From NCBI GenBank assembly GCA_963840035.1, contig CAWIXE010000002.1, positions 512,001 to 576,000 on the forward strand: a stretch of 64,000 nt of DNA. Direction: 5' to 3'. Numbering within the stretch: position 1 is the first letter of the stretch; the number at the start of each line of letters is the position of its first letter. Origin of the DNA: a candidate division FCPU426 bacterium. Lineage in GTDB: Bacteria > Oederibacteriota > PGYV01 > Palsa-1178. Below are positions 9,309 to 20,959 of the stretch, piece by piece. Under the pieces are notes generated by a model. That model was not told the origin of the DNA and made no database searches. It was given only the letters and a program-made list of their open reading frames with translations. The translations under genes and the position numbers were made by a program.

Positions 9309-12300
9309 ATGCCCAAACGTACAGATATTAAAACGATACTCCTAATAGGTTCAGGCCCGATAGTTATAGGGCAGGCCTGCGAATTTGATTACTCGGGAAC
9401 ACAAGCCTGTAAGGCTTTAAAAGAAGAGGGCTACAGGGTTGTTCTTGTTAACTCCAACCCCGCGACTATCATGACTGACCCTGAATTCGCTGACGCTACA
9501 TATATAGAACCGTTGACAGTCGAAATGCTTGAAAAAATAGTGGCAAAGGAAAGGCCTGACGCCATACTGCCGACAGTGGGAGGGCAGACAGCTTTAAACC
9601 TTGCTACGGATTTTGTTAAAGCCGGGTTGGATAAGAAGTATAAGGTAGAGCTCATAGGCGCTAATTTCAAATCTATCCACAAAGCTGAAGACAGGCAGGA
9701 ATTTAAAAAAGCCATGAAGAAGATAGGTCTTGATGTGCCTAAAAGCGAATATGTCACGAACATGAAGCAAGCTATGGCAGCGGCTAAGAGGATAAAATTC
9801 CCAATAATCATAAGGCCCGCGTTTACCCTTGGTGGGACAGGCGGAGGCATAGCTTATAACGCTTCCGAGTATAAGGAAAAAGTAAACAGGGGTTTAAAAG
9901 ATTCTCCCATATCCAGCGTCCTGCTTGAAGAATCCGTGCTCGGCTGGAAAGAGTACGAACTCGAGGTAATGAGGGATTTAAAGGATAACGTCGTTATCAT
10001 ATGTTCCATTGAGAACTTCGACCCCATGGGCGTGCACACAGGCGACTCCATAACCGTAGCGCCTGCCCAGACTTTAACTGACCGCGAATATCAGTTTATG
10101 CGCGACGCGTCAGTGGCCATCATCAGGGAAATCGGGGTGGATACGGGCGGGTCAAATATCCAGTTCGCAGTAAATCCGGAAAATGGCAGGATGATAGTTA
10201 TTGAGATGAACCCGAGGGTATCGCGCTCTTCGGCGCTGGCGTCCAAAGCCACGGGATTCCCCATAGCAAAGATTGCGGCAAAGCTTGCCGTTGGATACAC
10301 GCTTGATGAGATTCCAAACGATATCACAAGGTACACACCGGCTTCGTTTGAGCCGACACTTGACTATGTCGTGGTCAAGATACCGCGATTTACATTTGAG
10401 AAATTCAAAGAGTCAAAAGATGAACTCGGCGTGCAGATGAAATCAGTCGGCGAAGTCATGGCCATCGGCAGGACATTCAAGGAATCCATGCAGAAGGCCC
10501 TGCGTTCAATGGAAGTGGGCAGGGCAGGCTGGGGTTCGGACGGCAAAGACCTTGACCTTTCGAAGCTGACAATGAAGGAGATAGAAAACAAGCTCGGCGT
10601 CCCGAACTCACAGAGGATTTATTACCTGAAATATGCCATGCAGAAGGGTATGACAGACGCGCAGATATTTAAGATTACCAAGTTTGACCCGTGGTTCCTC
10701 CAGAATATGAGGGAGATACTTAATATAGAGAACGACCTCAGAAAAACTGCAGCAAAAACAGGAAAGCTTACTGTTAAATCCGCGTTAAAAATAAAAGAAC
10801 AGTTATATAAGGCAAAGCAGAACGGATTTTCCGACATACAGCTCGGAGTGATTTTTGGGTTAAAGGAAGACGCTTTCAGGAACATCAGGCTCGCGCTTAA
10901 AATAAAGCCGGTTTATAAGATGGTTGACACCTGCGCCAGCGAGTTCAAGGCGTACACGCCGTACATGTATTCCACATACGACCAGGAAAACGAGAATCCC
11001 GTATCAAAAAAGAAAAAAGCCGTGATTTTAGGCGGCGGGCCCAACAGGATAGGCCAGGGCATAGAGTTTGATTATTGCTGCGTGCACAGCGTATTTGCCC
11101 TCAGGGAAGAAGGCTATGAAGTATCCATGGTTAACTGCAACCCCGAGACGGTCTCGACCGACTATGACACTTCTGACAAGCTTTACTTTGAACCGTTAAC
11201 CATGGAAGACGTTATGTCCATAGCCGATGAAGAGGGCAAAGACACCGGTTTTATCGCGCAGTTCGGCGGACAGACGCCGCTGAAGCTGGCCATGCCGCTT
11301 TATAACAAGAAAATAAAGATCATGGGGACTTCGCCCGTATCCATAGACATTGCCGAGGACAGGGAGAAATTCGACAAGATCCTGACAAAGTTAAATATCA
11401 ACAGGCCGGAAAACGGCACCGCCTTCTCATTAAAAGAAGCGTGGGTAATAATCAGGCGTATAGGCTATCCCGCGCTTGTGAGGCCGTCGTATGTTTTGGG
11501 CGGCAGGGCCATGGAAATAGTTTATGACGATGAGACTTTTGAAAAATACGCCAAGGAAGCTTTTATAGTTTCGGAGAAACATCCGGTACTCATCGATAAG
11601 TTCCTGGAAGACGCCATTGAAGTGGATGTGGACTGCGTATGCGACGGAAAGGAAGCGGTCGTATGCGGTATCATGGAGCATATTGAGGAAGCGGGAATTC
11701 ATTCAGGCGACTCGGCATGCGTGTTGCCGGCTTTGACATTAAGGCAGGATACCATAAACAAGATAAGGGAATATACGTATAAGATGGCCCTTGAATTAAA
11801 TGTCATCGGGCTTATGAATGTGCAATACGCGGTAAGAAACGACCAGGTATATGTCCTTGAAGTCAACCCCCGCGCGTCACGCACCGTGCCGTTTGTCTCA
11901 AAAGCAACCGGAATACCGTGGGCAAAGATAGCCACAAAGATAATGGCAGGAAGGTCCATAAAATCTCTGAAGATAAAGGAAAACCTGGACCTGCCGCACA
12001 TAGCGGTCAAGGAATCCGTATTCCCGTTCAATAAATTCGCCGGGGCAGATACCGTGCTCGGGCCTGAAATGAAGTCAACGGGCGAAGTAATGGGTATAGA
12101 CACGGATTTTGGCAGGGCGTATTACAAAGCGCAGATAGCGGCCGGACAGAAACTGCCTCTTAAGGGAAATGTCTTTGTAAGCGTAAAGAATAAAGACAAG
12201 CGTGACATAGTTTTTGTGGTAAAAAAGCTTGAAGACCTGGGATTTGGCATAGTCGCCACTGAAGGCACCGCGAACGCCTTAAGGCGTTACGGCATAAAGG

Positions 12301-12575
12301 TTGAAAAGGTAAACAAGGTCCTTGAAAAAGCGCCGACAATCCTCGACCTTATCAAGGCCGGGAAAGTGAACCTGATAATCAACACGCCCATAGGCAAAGG
12401 CCCGAAGAGCGACGACTATAAAATCAGGACGCTTGCGATAACCGCGGGCGTGCCATATACGACCACCATGTCAGGCGCACAGGCAGTAGTAGCCGCGATA
12501 GAGGCGGTAACAAAGAAAGGTTTAGAAGTAAAGCCACTGCAGGAGTATTATAAGCCGTATAAAGCGGCAAAATAG
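9309..12575 (+). CDS. carB: Carbamoyl-phosphate synthase large subunit
   Basis: MPKRTDI...[17 protein letters not shown]; duplicated ATP-grasp domains; C-terminal MGS domain. Confidence 0.98.
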   Translation: MPKRTDIKTILLIGSGPIVIGQACEFDYSGTQACKALKEEGYRVVLVNSNPATIMTDPEFADATYIEPLTVEMLEKIVAKERPDAILPTVGGQTALNLATDFVKAGLDKKYKVELIGANFKSIHKAEDRQEFKKAMKKIGLDVPKSEYVTNMKQAMAAAKRIKFPIIIRPAFTLGGTGGGIAYNASEYKEKVNRGLKDSPISSVLLEESVLGWKEYELEVMRDLKDNVVIICSIENFDPMGVHTGDSITVAPAQTLTDREYQFMRDASVAIIREIGVDTGGSNIQFAVNPENGRMIVIEMNPRVSRSSALASKATGFPIAKIAAKLAVGYTLDEIPNDITRYTPASFEPTLDYVVVKIPRFTFEKFKESKDELGVQMKSVGEVMAIGRTFKESMQKALRSMEVGRAGWGSDGKDLDLSKLTMKEIENKLGVPNSQRIYYLKYAMQKGMTDAQIFKITKFDPWFLQNMREILNIENDLRKTAAKTGKLTVKSALKIKEQLYKAKQNGFSDIQLGVIFGLKEDAFRNIRLALKIKPVYKMVDTCASEFKAYTPYMYSTYDQENENPVSKKKKAVILGGGPNRIGQGIEFDYCCVHSVFALREEGYEVSMVNCNPETVSTDYDTSDKLYFEPLTMEDVMSIADEEGKDTGFIAQFGGQTPLKLAMPLYNKKIKIMGTSPVSIDIAEDREKFDKILTKLNINRPENGTAFSLKEAWVIIRRIGYPALVRPSYVLGGRAMEIVYDDETFEKYAKEAFIVSEKHPVLIDKFLEDAIEVDVDCVCDGKEAVVCGIMEHIEEAGIHSGDSACVLPALTLRQDTINKIREYTYKMALELNVIGLMNVQYAVRNDQVYVLEVNPRASRTVPFVSKATGIPWAKIATKIMAGRSIKSLKIKENLDLPHIAVKESVFPFNKFAGADTVLGPEMKSTGEVMGIDTDFGRAYYKAQIAAGQKLPLKGNVFVSVKNKDKRDIVFVVKKLEDLGFGIVATEGTANALRRYGIKVEKVNKVLEKAPTILDLIKAGKVNLIINTPIGKGPKSDDYKIRTLAITAGVPYTTTMSGAQAVVAAIEAVTKKGLEVKPLQEYYKPYKAAK

Positions 12576-12599
12576 TTCGGAACTGGATCTTTGAGATTT

Positions 12600-12678
12600 G
12601 TAGGGGCGATTCACGAATCGCCCAAACGCTGACAATTTATACCGAAACCCTTGTAGGGGCGGCCCCGTGTGGCCGCCC
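12600..12678 (+). repeat. Two GTAG-type REP hairpins between carB and pyrK
   Basis: GTAGGGGCGATTCACGAATCGCCC (12600) and GTAGGGGCGGCCCCGTGTGGCCGCCC (12653). Confidence 0.85.
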
Positions 12679-12690
12679 GAAGGATGGACA

Positions 12691-13467
12691 ATGAAGTACA
12701 CAGGCAAAGTAACAAAAAACACAGAGATTGCTGAAAACATATGGAAAATGGAAATTTCCACAGGCAAGGTTTTTAAATCCAAACCGGGGCAGTTTATAAA
12801 CATCCTGGTCAATGATACCTATGAACCGCTTCTCAGGCGCCCGTTCTCGATTTACGACGCCACAAATAAGTCTGTTACGGTCGTGTATAAGGTCATAGGA
12901 CAGGGAACAAAAGCGATGACGGAAAAGAAACCTGGCAACAAACTCGATTTTATCGGACCGTTGGGTAACTCGTACCTGGACTTTAAATCACAAATCTCAA
13001 ATCCCAAATCCCAAATTGTAATTATCGGCGGCGGCACAGGCGCTGCTTCTACGTACTACCTCGCCAAATACCTCAAATCAAAGAAAATTAAATTCAAATT
13101 CATCCAGGGAGCACGCTGCAAATCTCAGATGGTAGCTGTCCCTGAATTTAAAAAAATCGGGTGTGTCTTTGCCACTGATGACGGTACTCTGGGGAAAAAG
13201 GGCTTTGTCAGCGATATTTTAAAAGATACACTTGAAGATGATTCAACAATATTCACGTGCGGGCCCAAGCCCATGTTTAAGGCAATAAAGACTGTAGCTG
13301 ACTCTAAAAACCGGGTAAAAGTATTCGCTTCGTTTGAGGAATATATGGGGTGTGGTATTGGCGCATGTGTGTCGTGCGTGGTGGAGATAAAAATGGGCGA
13401 TACGAATGAGTACAAGCGCGTCTGTAAAGACGGCACTATTTTTGACCTGAATGATGTGGCTTTTTAA
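12691..13467 (+). CDS. pyrK: Dihydroorotate dehydrogenase electron transfer subunit
   Basis: PGQF, LRRPFSI, GPLGN, CGPKPM and the MGCGIGACVSC...VCKDG 2Fe-2S motif. Confidence 0.94.
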   Translation: MKYTGKVTKNTEIAENIWKMEISTGKVFKSKPGQFINILVNDTYEPLLRRPFSIYDATNKSVTVVYKVIGQGTKAMTEKKPGNKLDFIGPLGNSYLDFKSQISNPKSQIVIIGGGTGAASTYYLAKYLKSKKIKFKFIQGARCKSQMVAVPEFKKIGCVFATDDGTLGKKGFVSDILKDTLEDDSTIFTCGPKPMFKAIKTVADSKNRVKVFASFEEYMGCGIGACVSCVVEIKMGDTNEYKRVCKDGTIFDLNDVAF

Positions 13468-13486
13468 ATCAATATGGAGATGATAA

Positions 13487-14404
13487 ATGGCTGTAAAAGT
13501 TAGCACAAAAGTAACCATAGCAGGCCTTGAGTTCCGTAACCCCGTTATGACCGCCTCAGGAACATTTGGCTACGGACTTGAGTTCGCGGAATACATGGAC
13601 TTAAGCTCTATTGGCGCGATTGTGACCAAAGGCCTGGCCATCAAACCGGTCAAAGGCAACGCGCCGCAGAGGCTTGTGGAAACTACAGCAGGAATTATCA
13701 ACGCGATAGGCCTCCAGAATATAGGCGTTGACGCGTTTCTAAAGGACAAATTGCCAAAACTGAAAACATATAAAACTCCAATAATTGCCAATCTTTACGG
13801 CACATCCGTGGAAGAATACGTTGCGGTGGCTGAAAAACTCGAAGGCACTGAAGTCGCGGGGGTTGAGGTAAACATATCTTGTCCTAATGTAAAAAAAGGC
13901 GGCCTTGCCTTTGCCGCGGACAGGGACGCCATAAAAGGGATACTTGAGGGCGTCAAGAAAGTATATTCAAAACCCGTAATAATAAAACTTTCCCCGAACG
14001 TCGGGCCGCTTGACGGCATAGCGAAATTTTGCGAGGACCATGGCGCGGATGCGCTGTCCCTGATAAATACGCTTGTGGGAATGTCCATAGACCTTGAAAA
14101 ACGCAGGCCGCGCATCGCCAATATTTACGGCGGCTTGTCAGGCCCGGCTATAAAGCCTGTAGCGCTTGCATTTGTCCATAAGATATCAAAAGTTGTAAAG
14201 ATCCCGCTGATAGGCATCGGCGGCATCATGACAGCCACGGACGCCCTTGAGTTTATGGTTGCCGGCGCCACAGCAATACAGGTAGGCACGGCAAACTTCC
14301 GCGACCCGGCGGCATCAGAGGCCATAGCAAAAGGTATGAGGGATTATATGGTCAAGAATAAGATAAGGGATATAAAAGAAATAATAGGGAGCCTTAAGGT
14401 TTGA
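13487..14404 (+). CDS. pyrD: Dihydroorotate dehydrogenase (family 1B) catalytic subunit
   Basis: NPVMTASGTFG, NAIGLQN, NISCPNV, KLSPN, GGLSGPAIKP. Confidence 0.96.
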   Translation: MAVKVSTKVTIAGLEFRNPVMTASGTFGYGLEFAEYMDLSSIGAIVTKGLAIKPVKGNAPQRLVETTAGIINAIGLQNIGVDAFLKDKLPKLKTYKTPIIANLYGTSVEEYVAVAEKLEGTEVAGVEVNISCPNVKKGGLAFAADRDAIKGILEGVKKVYSKPVIIKLSPNVGPLDGIAKFCEDHGADALSLINTLVGMSIDLEKRRPRIANIYGGLSGPAIKPVALAFVHKISKVVKIPLIGIGGIMTATDALEFMVAGATAIQVGTANFRDPAASEAIAKGMRDYMVKNKIRDIKEIIGSLKV

Positions 14405-15261
14405 TGAAACGTTTCCTCGGCGCGCTCATAATAGTTATAACTTTCGCTTCTTTTTCAACTGCGTCAGATGCCTTTGTGCTTCTTGACACCAATGTTGTTA
14501 AAGAAGGCGGCATCATCAAGATAAAGATATTCTGCGAAAAACCGCTGCGCGCGGCCGAGATAGAGTTCAACGGCAATACCTATTCCGCTTTTTTCAAACA
14601 GTTTGATATAAAAGAAAACTATTTCATTTTTAACTCCATTATCCCGGTAAAGCTCGGGACCAGCGGCCGTAAAAACCTTACCATCAAGTACCTGCTCCAG
14701 AACGGCGGGGAGCGGGAGACAAAGGAAAAGATCAAAGTTAAGGCCATGATGGAAAAGAAAGTGGAGATAAACACGGGCCAGGTAAATGACGAATTTAACA
14801 GCCAGCTAAAAACCGACGGCAAGGCAATCTACTCTGTCCAGGGCCCGATAACCCCCATTAAGTATAATTTCCCGTTTATCATGCCGGTAACGGCAACGGT
14901 CAGCGGCGGTTTCGGGGACTCGCGTAATTATGATAACGGTCAGGGGCAGTGGAGGCATAAAGGAATAGACCTAGCCGCAAAAAAAGGTACGCCTGTTCAT
15001 GCTGATAATAATGGAACCATAGTTGGCGCGTTTTCCACAAAAACATACGGTAATACTGTTATACTTGACCACGGTGCCGGAATTTATTCGCTATTTTTTC
15101 ACCTCTCAAAAGTATACGTAAAAAAAGGCGCTGTTGTCAGTAAGGGTGATATTATCGCCACGGTGGGTGATTCAGGTTTGTCCACCGGGCCGCACCTTCA
15201 CTGGCAGATTTGTGTCTTTAAGACACCGGTCAATCCGATGGAATTTTTAACGGACTTTTAA
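14404..15261 (+). CDS. M23 family metallopeptidase, exported
   Basis: Signal peptide; HKGIDLA, YGNTVILDHG, STGPHLHW. Confidence 0.9.
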   Translation: MKRFLGALIIVITFASFSTASDAFVLLDTNVVKEGGIIKIKIFCEKPLRAAEIEFNGNTYSAFFKQFDIKENYFIFNSIIPVKLGTSGRKNLTIKYLLQNGGERETKEKIKVKAMMEKKVEINTGQVNDEFNSQLKTDGKAIYSVQGPITPIKYNFPFIMPVTATVSGGFGDSRNYDNGQGQWRHKGIDLAAKKGTPVHADNNGTIVGAFSTKTYGNTVILDHGAGIYSLFFHLSKVYVKKGAVVSKGDIIATVGDSGLSTGPHLHWQICVFKTPVNPMEFLTDF

Positions 15262-15360
15262 AATACCGGCAAGCTGTAAAAAGTCGGATCTGTCTTATGA
15301 TTTCAGCGGAATGACGGGGGATATTAATTTCAGCATAAGTTTCTAATTTAAACATCATCA

Positions 15361-15389
15361 AAAAATGGGCGGGAAACCGCCCCTTTTTT
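15361..15389. terminator. Intrinsic terminator, likely bidirectional
   Basis: aaaaatgggcgg-gaaa-ccgcccctttttt between convergent genes. Confidence 0.8.
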
Positions 15390-15446
15390 ATTTTATAAAT
15401 AAGACATGAGATAGGAAACGGGAGTAAAACAAAACCTTTATTTGAG

Positions 15447-17276
15447 TCAAAAATCTACACCCTTGCGCACAAACACAACAATCCGTTTTGTCCGTAAATA
15501 CTGGTGATAGTTGATCTTTATAAAATTACCTGCGCTGAGCGCGTCTGTGCGGGAGTCATTAAAAAGTATATAAATGTCGGAGTTATTATATGGCAAAGGC
15601 ACGTATACAAACCTTCTGGAAGATACGTGGGGCAGGAGGTTGTAATCTGCTGAAACTGTGTATTTTGCCGGTATTTTTGCCATGAACTTCAGCGCCTCTT
15701 TATCTATGTCGTGCGGGATGTGCCTGAAACAGCCTGTCCATCCGTTATAAAAATACTGATTGTATGACGGCGGAGCTTCATTTGGGCCTACCCAGGTGAG
15801 CTTGTATGATTTTGAAAAGAAGCTGCCGTAAAGGAATGACCACATGAGTGAAAAAATAAGGATAAAACCAAGCGCGGCATTGCGCCGGGGCAGGTTGTCG
15901 TCGTGTTTTCTCGCGGCATGAATAAAAGTATAAAACATCGCGGCAACAAGCAGGGTGCCATGCTGGAAGCCTGAGGTGAAATGCGGGGTGTGGCTTGATA
16001 AAACGGTAAAAATAAGCCCCGGGGCCAGCAGTATCATGTTTTCAAGCGCCGCAAAACTTAAGAACAGGAATGGCGCGAAGGTTATAATCAGGAATTCAAT
16101 TTTTGCCTTCTGCAGAATATTCATAAGCGTATATACCGGATTGATGAAGATGAGCGAAATAACGCCCGCCGAATCCGGCGTGAAATAACTGAACCTGAGC
16201 AGGTCTTCGTTTGTTTTGCCAAGTGCTTTAAGCACGAGCGTGTCGGTGGTTAACAGGATAGCTCCTGCCCCGAGCAGCAGAATCGCGTTTTTCAGGCTGA
16301 GTTTTTTTATGGACAGGAAATATAGCGGCAAAAACATGGCGCCAAACGCCGCGTCCTCACGGACAAAGAATATTAAAAAGTATGATAACGCAAAAAGTTT
16401 TGTCTTTCCGCTTTCGGCCGCGTAAAAGCAGGCCATGAAAAGCGGCAACGCCGCGGTTATGGGGTGAAAATCGCTTAACATCATGTTCTGCACGCCCGGG
16501 TGGAGCAGGAATGCCGCTGACACAACAGCCGCGGCAGGCGCGCTGCGGAAGGATTTATCGGCGGTCAGATAAGCAAACAGGCCTGCCGCGCCGATAAAAA
16601 ATACCTGAAGCACAAGCAGGAATTCAGGCCGGGGAAAGAGCCTGTAAAACGGGGCAAACAAGTAATATATAAATGCCGTGTGGTCGCCGAAATTATTGGG
16701 CGATGTGCCCATGGTGGTAAACGGTATGCCTGTCTGTGAGAGGTTGTACATTGCCTGGTTTTCCCAGCCAAGGTCAAAACAGTTTGATAATAGCGCCGCG
16801 TGGCGCGTAAGGCAAAGCCATATGAAATATGAAACATAAACGGCGAGGAAGGCGTAAAAAGCATATTTGTATATTTTGCCGCCTGTTTTTAACTGCGGCA
16901 GCACTGGCGCAAGTTTTAAAATATAAAAGGAAAGTCCGGCTGTTATAATCAGTGTCATGAAGATATTCTGGTATTCAAACCATGAGTTGTCAAAAACCTG
17001 CCACGCCAGGATTGATGCCAGCGTTGCCGATACAGCGTGCATGAAAAGAAAATAGCCGCGTGAATATAGAAAAAAAGCGGCTATTGATGTTACGGCAAAA
17101 CAGGCAAGCAGCGCGTATTTGTCCGCGAGTGTGTCATACTGCATGATGTTCTGCAGAAGAAAACCCGGGGCCGGGGTTGACTTTGAGACGGCTCCGTATA
17201 TGAAATAAGCGCATGTAAGTGAAAAAAGGTATGAGATAAAAACAGAAAAAAGCCTGCCGTATGGTTTATTTGTCAA
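15447..17276 (-). CDS. DUF2079-like multi-pass membrane protein (GT-C-like)
   Basis: FDLG..Q, FGDH, DFHP and REDA motifs with many TM segments. Confidence 0.7.
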   Translation of the reverse strand: MTNKPYGRLFSVFISYLFSLTCAYFIYGAVSKSTPAPGFLLQNIMQYDTLADKYALLACFAVTSIAAFFLYSRGYFLFMHAVSATLASILAWQVFDNSWFEYQNIFMTLIITAGLSFYILKLAPVLPQLKTGGKIYKYAFYAFLAVYVSYFIWLCLTRHAALLSNCFDLGWENQAMYNLSQTGIPFTTMGTSPNNFGDHTAFIYYLFAPFYRLFPRPEFLLVLQVFFIGAAGLFAYLTADKSFRSAPAAAVVSAAFLLHPGVQNMMLSDFHPITAALPLFMACFYAAESGKTKLFALSYFLIFFVREDAAFGAMFLPLYFLSIKKLSLKNAILLLGAGAILLTTDTLVLKALGKTNEDLLRFSYFTPDSAGVISLIFINPVYTLMNILQKAKIEFLIITFAPFLFLSFAALENMILLAPGLIFTVLSSHTPHFTSGFQHGTLLVAAMFYTFIHAARKHDDNLPRRNAALGFILIFSLMWSFLYGSFFSKSYKLTWVGPNEAPPSYNQYFYNGWTGCFRHIPHDIDKEALKFMAKIPAKYTVSADYNLLPHVSSRRFVYVPLPYNNSDIYILFNDSRTDALSAGNFIKINYHQYLRTKRIVVFVRKGVDF

Positions 17277-17288
17277 ATGAACACCGGA

Positions 17289-17867
17289 TTAGATTGCCGC
17301 TTCTTGTGTGAATACCATGCTGTTAATGGCTGTTGAAACGAATTCCCGGTCGTAGTCGCGCAGCTCGGGGTGGAAGTATTTTTCCCATCTTTTAACCCTG
17401 GTAGGGGATATGACGTTGGAATAAACCAGGAACTTCGGTTCGTGCGGCTCTTTCATAAGGCGCATACCGGCTTCTTTAAGCGGCCTGTCGCCCTTTTTGT
17501 TATTACAGGAATGGCAGGCGGTGACAACATTGAACCAGTTTGTCTTGCCGCCCTTTGACTTTGGTATGATATGGTCTATGGTCGGTTTGGGGGTGTGTTT
17601 GCCGCAATACTGGCAGTGGAAATTATCCCTTATGAAGACTGCTTTTTTAGAAAATTTGGGGGCTATGTAGGGTTTTCTTACATAGTAGGCTATTTGTATG
17701 ACAGATGGGAGCCTTACCTTTGCCCGTACAGTGGAGATAAAGGAAATGCCTTCCTCGACAGAATGGGCTTTTTTGGAAAATAGCAGTTTAAGGGCGCGGC
17801 GAGGGTTGACCACCGTCAAAGGCTCAAATGTGGTGTTCAGAAGCAGTACGCTTTGATCTGACTCCAT
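17289..17867 (-). CDS. HNH endonuclease (McrA/COG1403-like)
   Basis: VLLLNTTFEPL, RDNFHCQYCG, TIDHIIPKSKGG, NVVTACHSCNNKKG. Confidence 0.92.
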   Translation of the reverse strand: MESDQSVLLLNTTFEPLTVVNPRRALKLLFSKKAHSVEEGISFISTVRAKVRLPSVIQIAYYVRKPYIAPKFSKKAVFIRDNFHCQYCGKHTPKPTIDHIIPKSKGGKTNWFNVVTACHSCNNKKGDRPLKEAGMRLMKEPHEPKFLVYSNVISPTRVKRWEKYFHPELRDYDREFVSTAINSMVFTQEAAI

Positions 17868-18000
17868 ATCCTTGCTCCTTGTGTAACAGGATTTACCATA
17901 TTTTATAACAACATTTGGCCCAAATCAAGTTTTTTTTACGTGAACTATTGCCAGCCAGCCGCCGTCTAAGTAACAATAGCAAAATATATCTTTAAAAGAT

Positions 18001-18028
18001 TTGCATTATTTTAGTGTTATGCTATAAT
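18001..18028 (+). promoter_or_regulatory. sigma70-type promoter for the bamA-lpx operon
   Basis: TTGCAT ... TGcTATAAT (extended -10). Confidence 0.6.
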
Positions 18029-18071
18029 AATGAACGTTTTGCTAAAAATTATTAGGAGGTTTTTCGATTTT

Positions 18072-20426
18072 ATGAGGAAAACAATGGGATTTATGCTTAT
18101 ATTAACGTTACTTTTTGCGGCTGCGTCTTTCGCGGCTGTTCTAAAAGCGGAGACACCGGACGGACTCATTGACGACATCAAGATTACGGGTAATTCAGCG
18201 GTGCCTGAGAAGGAGATACTTGATCAGATATCCTACGGAATCGGAATGGTTTTTTCAAGATACAAAACAAAGGAAGACATTAAAAACCTTTACAAAACCG
18301 GGAAGTTTGATGATATAAAGGTATCCATGACAAAAGAAGCCGGTAAAAACATACTTTTAATCGAGGTTAAGGAAAAAACGCAGATAGGAAAGATTATAAT
18401 CAAGGGAAATAAGGATGTTGGCGAAGGCGATATCAAGGCAAAGTTGGACGATGAGGAAAAGCTGGGCGTTAAGATAAAGGAAGGCGAGTACCTGGACGAA
18501 TACAAGCTTAAAAAAGCCATCCTTGCCATAAAGGCCATGTATAAGGAACGCAATTATTATTATGTCACGGCCGATTATACCCTCAATGAAAGGGAAGAGG
18601 AAAAAGAAGGCAAGAAGGTAAAAAAACTTGATATTGAGATAACTATTGACGAAGGCGCGAAGATCAAAGTTACATCGATCGGGGTCACGGGAAATAATGT
18701 GTTCTCGGCGGATAAGATAAAAGGCATTATGAAGACCAAGGAAGAGGGCTGGTTTGTAAGCGGTACTTACAGCGACAGCCTGTTCATAGAGGATTTAAAA
18801 CTCATACTTACTGCATACCAGCAGGAAGGCTATGTAAAGGCCAAAATCAACGGGATGAACATAGGGGAGTTTGACATCAATGCCAAGGAACTTGTGGCAA
18901 AGGACGTAAAGATCGATAAGGAAAAAAAGGCGATTGCCATAGAAATACCGGTACAGGAAGGCATCAAATATAAGATTAAAAAACTTGATATATCCGGGCA
19001 GGCTATCTTTACAAAAGAAGAACTCACGGACAGGATGGCAAGCGCGCCTGAAAAGACGTTTGACAGGCCTGGGTTTGACCGCGATCTGGCTATGATCAGG
19101 TCGCTTTACGCTGAAAAAGGCCACATATTCGCGCAGATTAAGGACACCTATGTATATGACGACGATAACGGCGATGTGGCCGCGAAAGTTGAAATAACGG
19201 AAGGCCCTGTGGCGTATGTCAACAACATAAAGGTCCGCGGCAACTATGTCACAAAGGATAAGGTAATTCTCAGGGAGATTCTTTTAAGGGAAGGCGAAGC
19301 TTTTGACTCCAATAAGATAAGGAAGTCCCAGGAAGCTGTGTATAATCTCGGTTTCTTTGATAATGTCATGATTGACACGGAGCAGGTGGACATAGACAAA
19401 CTCAACATCATATTTGAAGTTCAGGAAAGAAAGACCGGAAATGTAGGATTGGGCGCCGGTTACTCCACGGTCGAAGGCCTCGTGGGTTATGTGCAGCTCT
19501 CGCAGTCAAATCTTTTCGGCGAGGGCAAAGCCTTTGCCGCGGACGTGCAGTACGGAAACCAGAAAAAGTCATGGACTCTTTCTTACAAGGACCCGTGGCT
19601 TTTTGATTCCCCGACTTCGTTCGGCGTGGACCTGTGGAACACATTTAAGAATAAATCATACAATAACCAGGGATATGACCTGGACAGCTATGGCTTTGAT
19701 TTAAGCGGCGGCTGGCGTCTTGACGAAAATCAGAAAGCGTTCCTGACATACAGGTACCAGGAAGACAAATATTCAAACATCGACAGCGAATACCAGTCCA
19801 TCATTTCAGACGGCAAAAGCCAGATAAGCTCCATATCGCCGACATATGTGCTCGATACCCGAGATGACGTTTTTGACGCGAACAGGGGCGCTTACATCAA
19901 CGCGGCCGTGCAAATCGGCGGCGGGTTATTGGGCGGCGATTATAATTACATAAAAGAGACTGTTGATGTCAGGTATTTTGTGCCGAGCTTCTGGAAATTT
20001 GTCCTGGGCATCCATGCCAAGGTCGGCAACGGGACAGGCTACTCTTACCGCTATGGAACTGCGGCGCTGCCTATAACCGAGAAATTTTACTGCGGCGGTA
20101 CAGACACGGTCCGCGGTTACGAAGAGCGCGCTTTCGGGCCCATCGGCGGCGGAGACTTTACCATGGTGGCGAATATAGAGTATAAGCTAAAAGTTGTTGA
20201 AAGGGTCCTTACGGTCGCGGCTTTCTACGACGCCGGAAACTGCTGGGATAATTTTGAAAATGTAAACTGGCAGGAACCGCAGCTTTTTTCCAGCGTGGGA
20301 GCGGGCATAAGGCTCACCATACCGGGAACGGTCATGGTCATCAGGCTTGATTACGGTTACGGCCTTGACCCGGTTCTGCGTTCGCCGGGCGGAAAGATAC
20401 ACTTTAACATCGGGAATATTTTTTAA
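18072..20426 (+). CDS. bamA: Outer membrane protein assembly factor BamA
   Basis: POTRA repeats, TVRGY motif, C-terminal Phe; aggagg RBS before ATG 18072. Confidence 0.95.
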   Translation: MRKTMGFMLILTLLFAAASFAAVLKAETPDGLIDDIKITGNSAVPEKEILDQISYGIGMVFSRYKTKEDIKNLYKTGKFDDIKVSMTKEAGKNILLIEVKEKTQIGKIIIKGNKDVGEGDIKAKLDDEEKLGVKIKEGEYLDEYKLKKAILAIKAMYKERNYYYVTADYTLNEREEEKEGKKVKKLDIEITIDEGAKIKVTSIGVTGNNVFSADKIKGIMKTKEEGWFVSGTYSDSLFIEDLKLILTAYQQEGYVKAKINGMNIGEFDINAKELVAKDVKIDKEKKAIAIEIPVQEGIKYKIKKLDISGQAIFTKEELTDRMASAPEKTFDRPGFDRDLAMIRSLYAEKGHIFAQIKDTYVYDDDNGDVAAKVEITEGPVAYVNNIKVRGNYVTKDKVILREILLREGEAFDSNKIRKSQEAVYNLGFFDNVMIDTEQVDIDKLNIIFEVQERKTGNVGLGAGYSTVEGLVGYVQLSQSNLFGEGKAFAADVQYGNQKKSWTLSYKDPWLFDSPTSFGVDLWNTFKNKSYNNQGYDLDSYGFDLSGGWRLDENQKAFLTYRYQEDKYSNIDSEYQSIISDGKSQISSISPTYVLDTRDDVFDANRGAYINAAVQIGGGLLGGDYNYIKETVDVRYFVPSFWKFVLGIHAKVGNGTGYSYRYGTAALPITEKFYCGGTDTVRGYEERAFGPIGGGDFTMVANIEYKLKVVERVLTVAAFYDAGNCWDNFENVNWQEPQLFSSVGAGIRLTIPGTVMVIRLDYGYGLDPVLRSPGGKIHFNIGNIF

Positions 20427-20453
20427 TATAAAATACATGGAGGTGGAGTTGAA

Positions 20454-20945
20454 ATGAGGAAACTTACTTTTTTACTGGCAATGGTTATGGTTTTTGTTTT
20501 TACCGCGGGCGCGTACGCGCTTCAGGTAGGCTATGTGGACATTGAAAAGGTGTTTAACCAGTATCAGGGAACAAAGGCCGCGAAGGACAAGCTCCAGAAG
20601 GAAGTCGCAAAGGAGCAGAAATCAATTGAAAAAGAAAAAGACGACCTTCTTCAGATGAAGGCGGATCTGGATAAGAAAAGGTCCATTCTTGATAAGGACA
20701 AGGTAAAGCAGCAGGAAGAAGAGCTCCAGGCAAAACTTGAGAAACTCCAGGCAAAAGCCATGGAAGTACAGCAGAAACTGATGTCGCAGGAAAAAGAACT
20801 CACAGCGAACATAGTAGATGAGATCAGGGCCATCGTGCAGAAGATCGCGAAAGAGAAAAACTATGATTATGTTTTCGAGAAGAACATGCTCCTCTTCGGC
20901 GGCGATGATGTGACCTTCCTTGTCATCAAAAAGATGAACGAATAA
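20454..20945 (+). CDS. skp: OmpH/Skp periplasmic chaperone
   Basis: Signal peptide, VGYVD, coiled coil, YDYVF...DVT; located between bamA and lpxD. Confidence 0.9.
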   Translation: MRKLTFLLAMVMVFVFTAGAYALQVGYVDIEKVFNQYQGTKAAKDKLQKEVAKEQKSIEKEKDDLLQMKADLDKKRSILDKDKVKQQEEELQAKLEKLQAKAMEVQQKLMSQEKELTANIVDEIRAIVQKIAKEKNYDYVFEKNMLLFGGDDVTFLVIKKMNE

Positions 20946-20959
20946 AGAAGAAGCAAAAG

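Noticed and set aside
17289..17867. HNH gene as part of a defence or homing system
   Set aside because: Standalone, common COG1403-type protein with no adjacent methylase, intron or cas genes.
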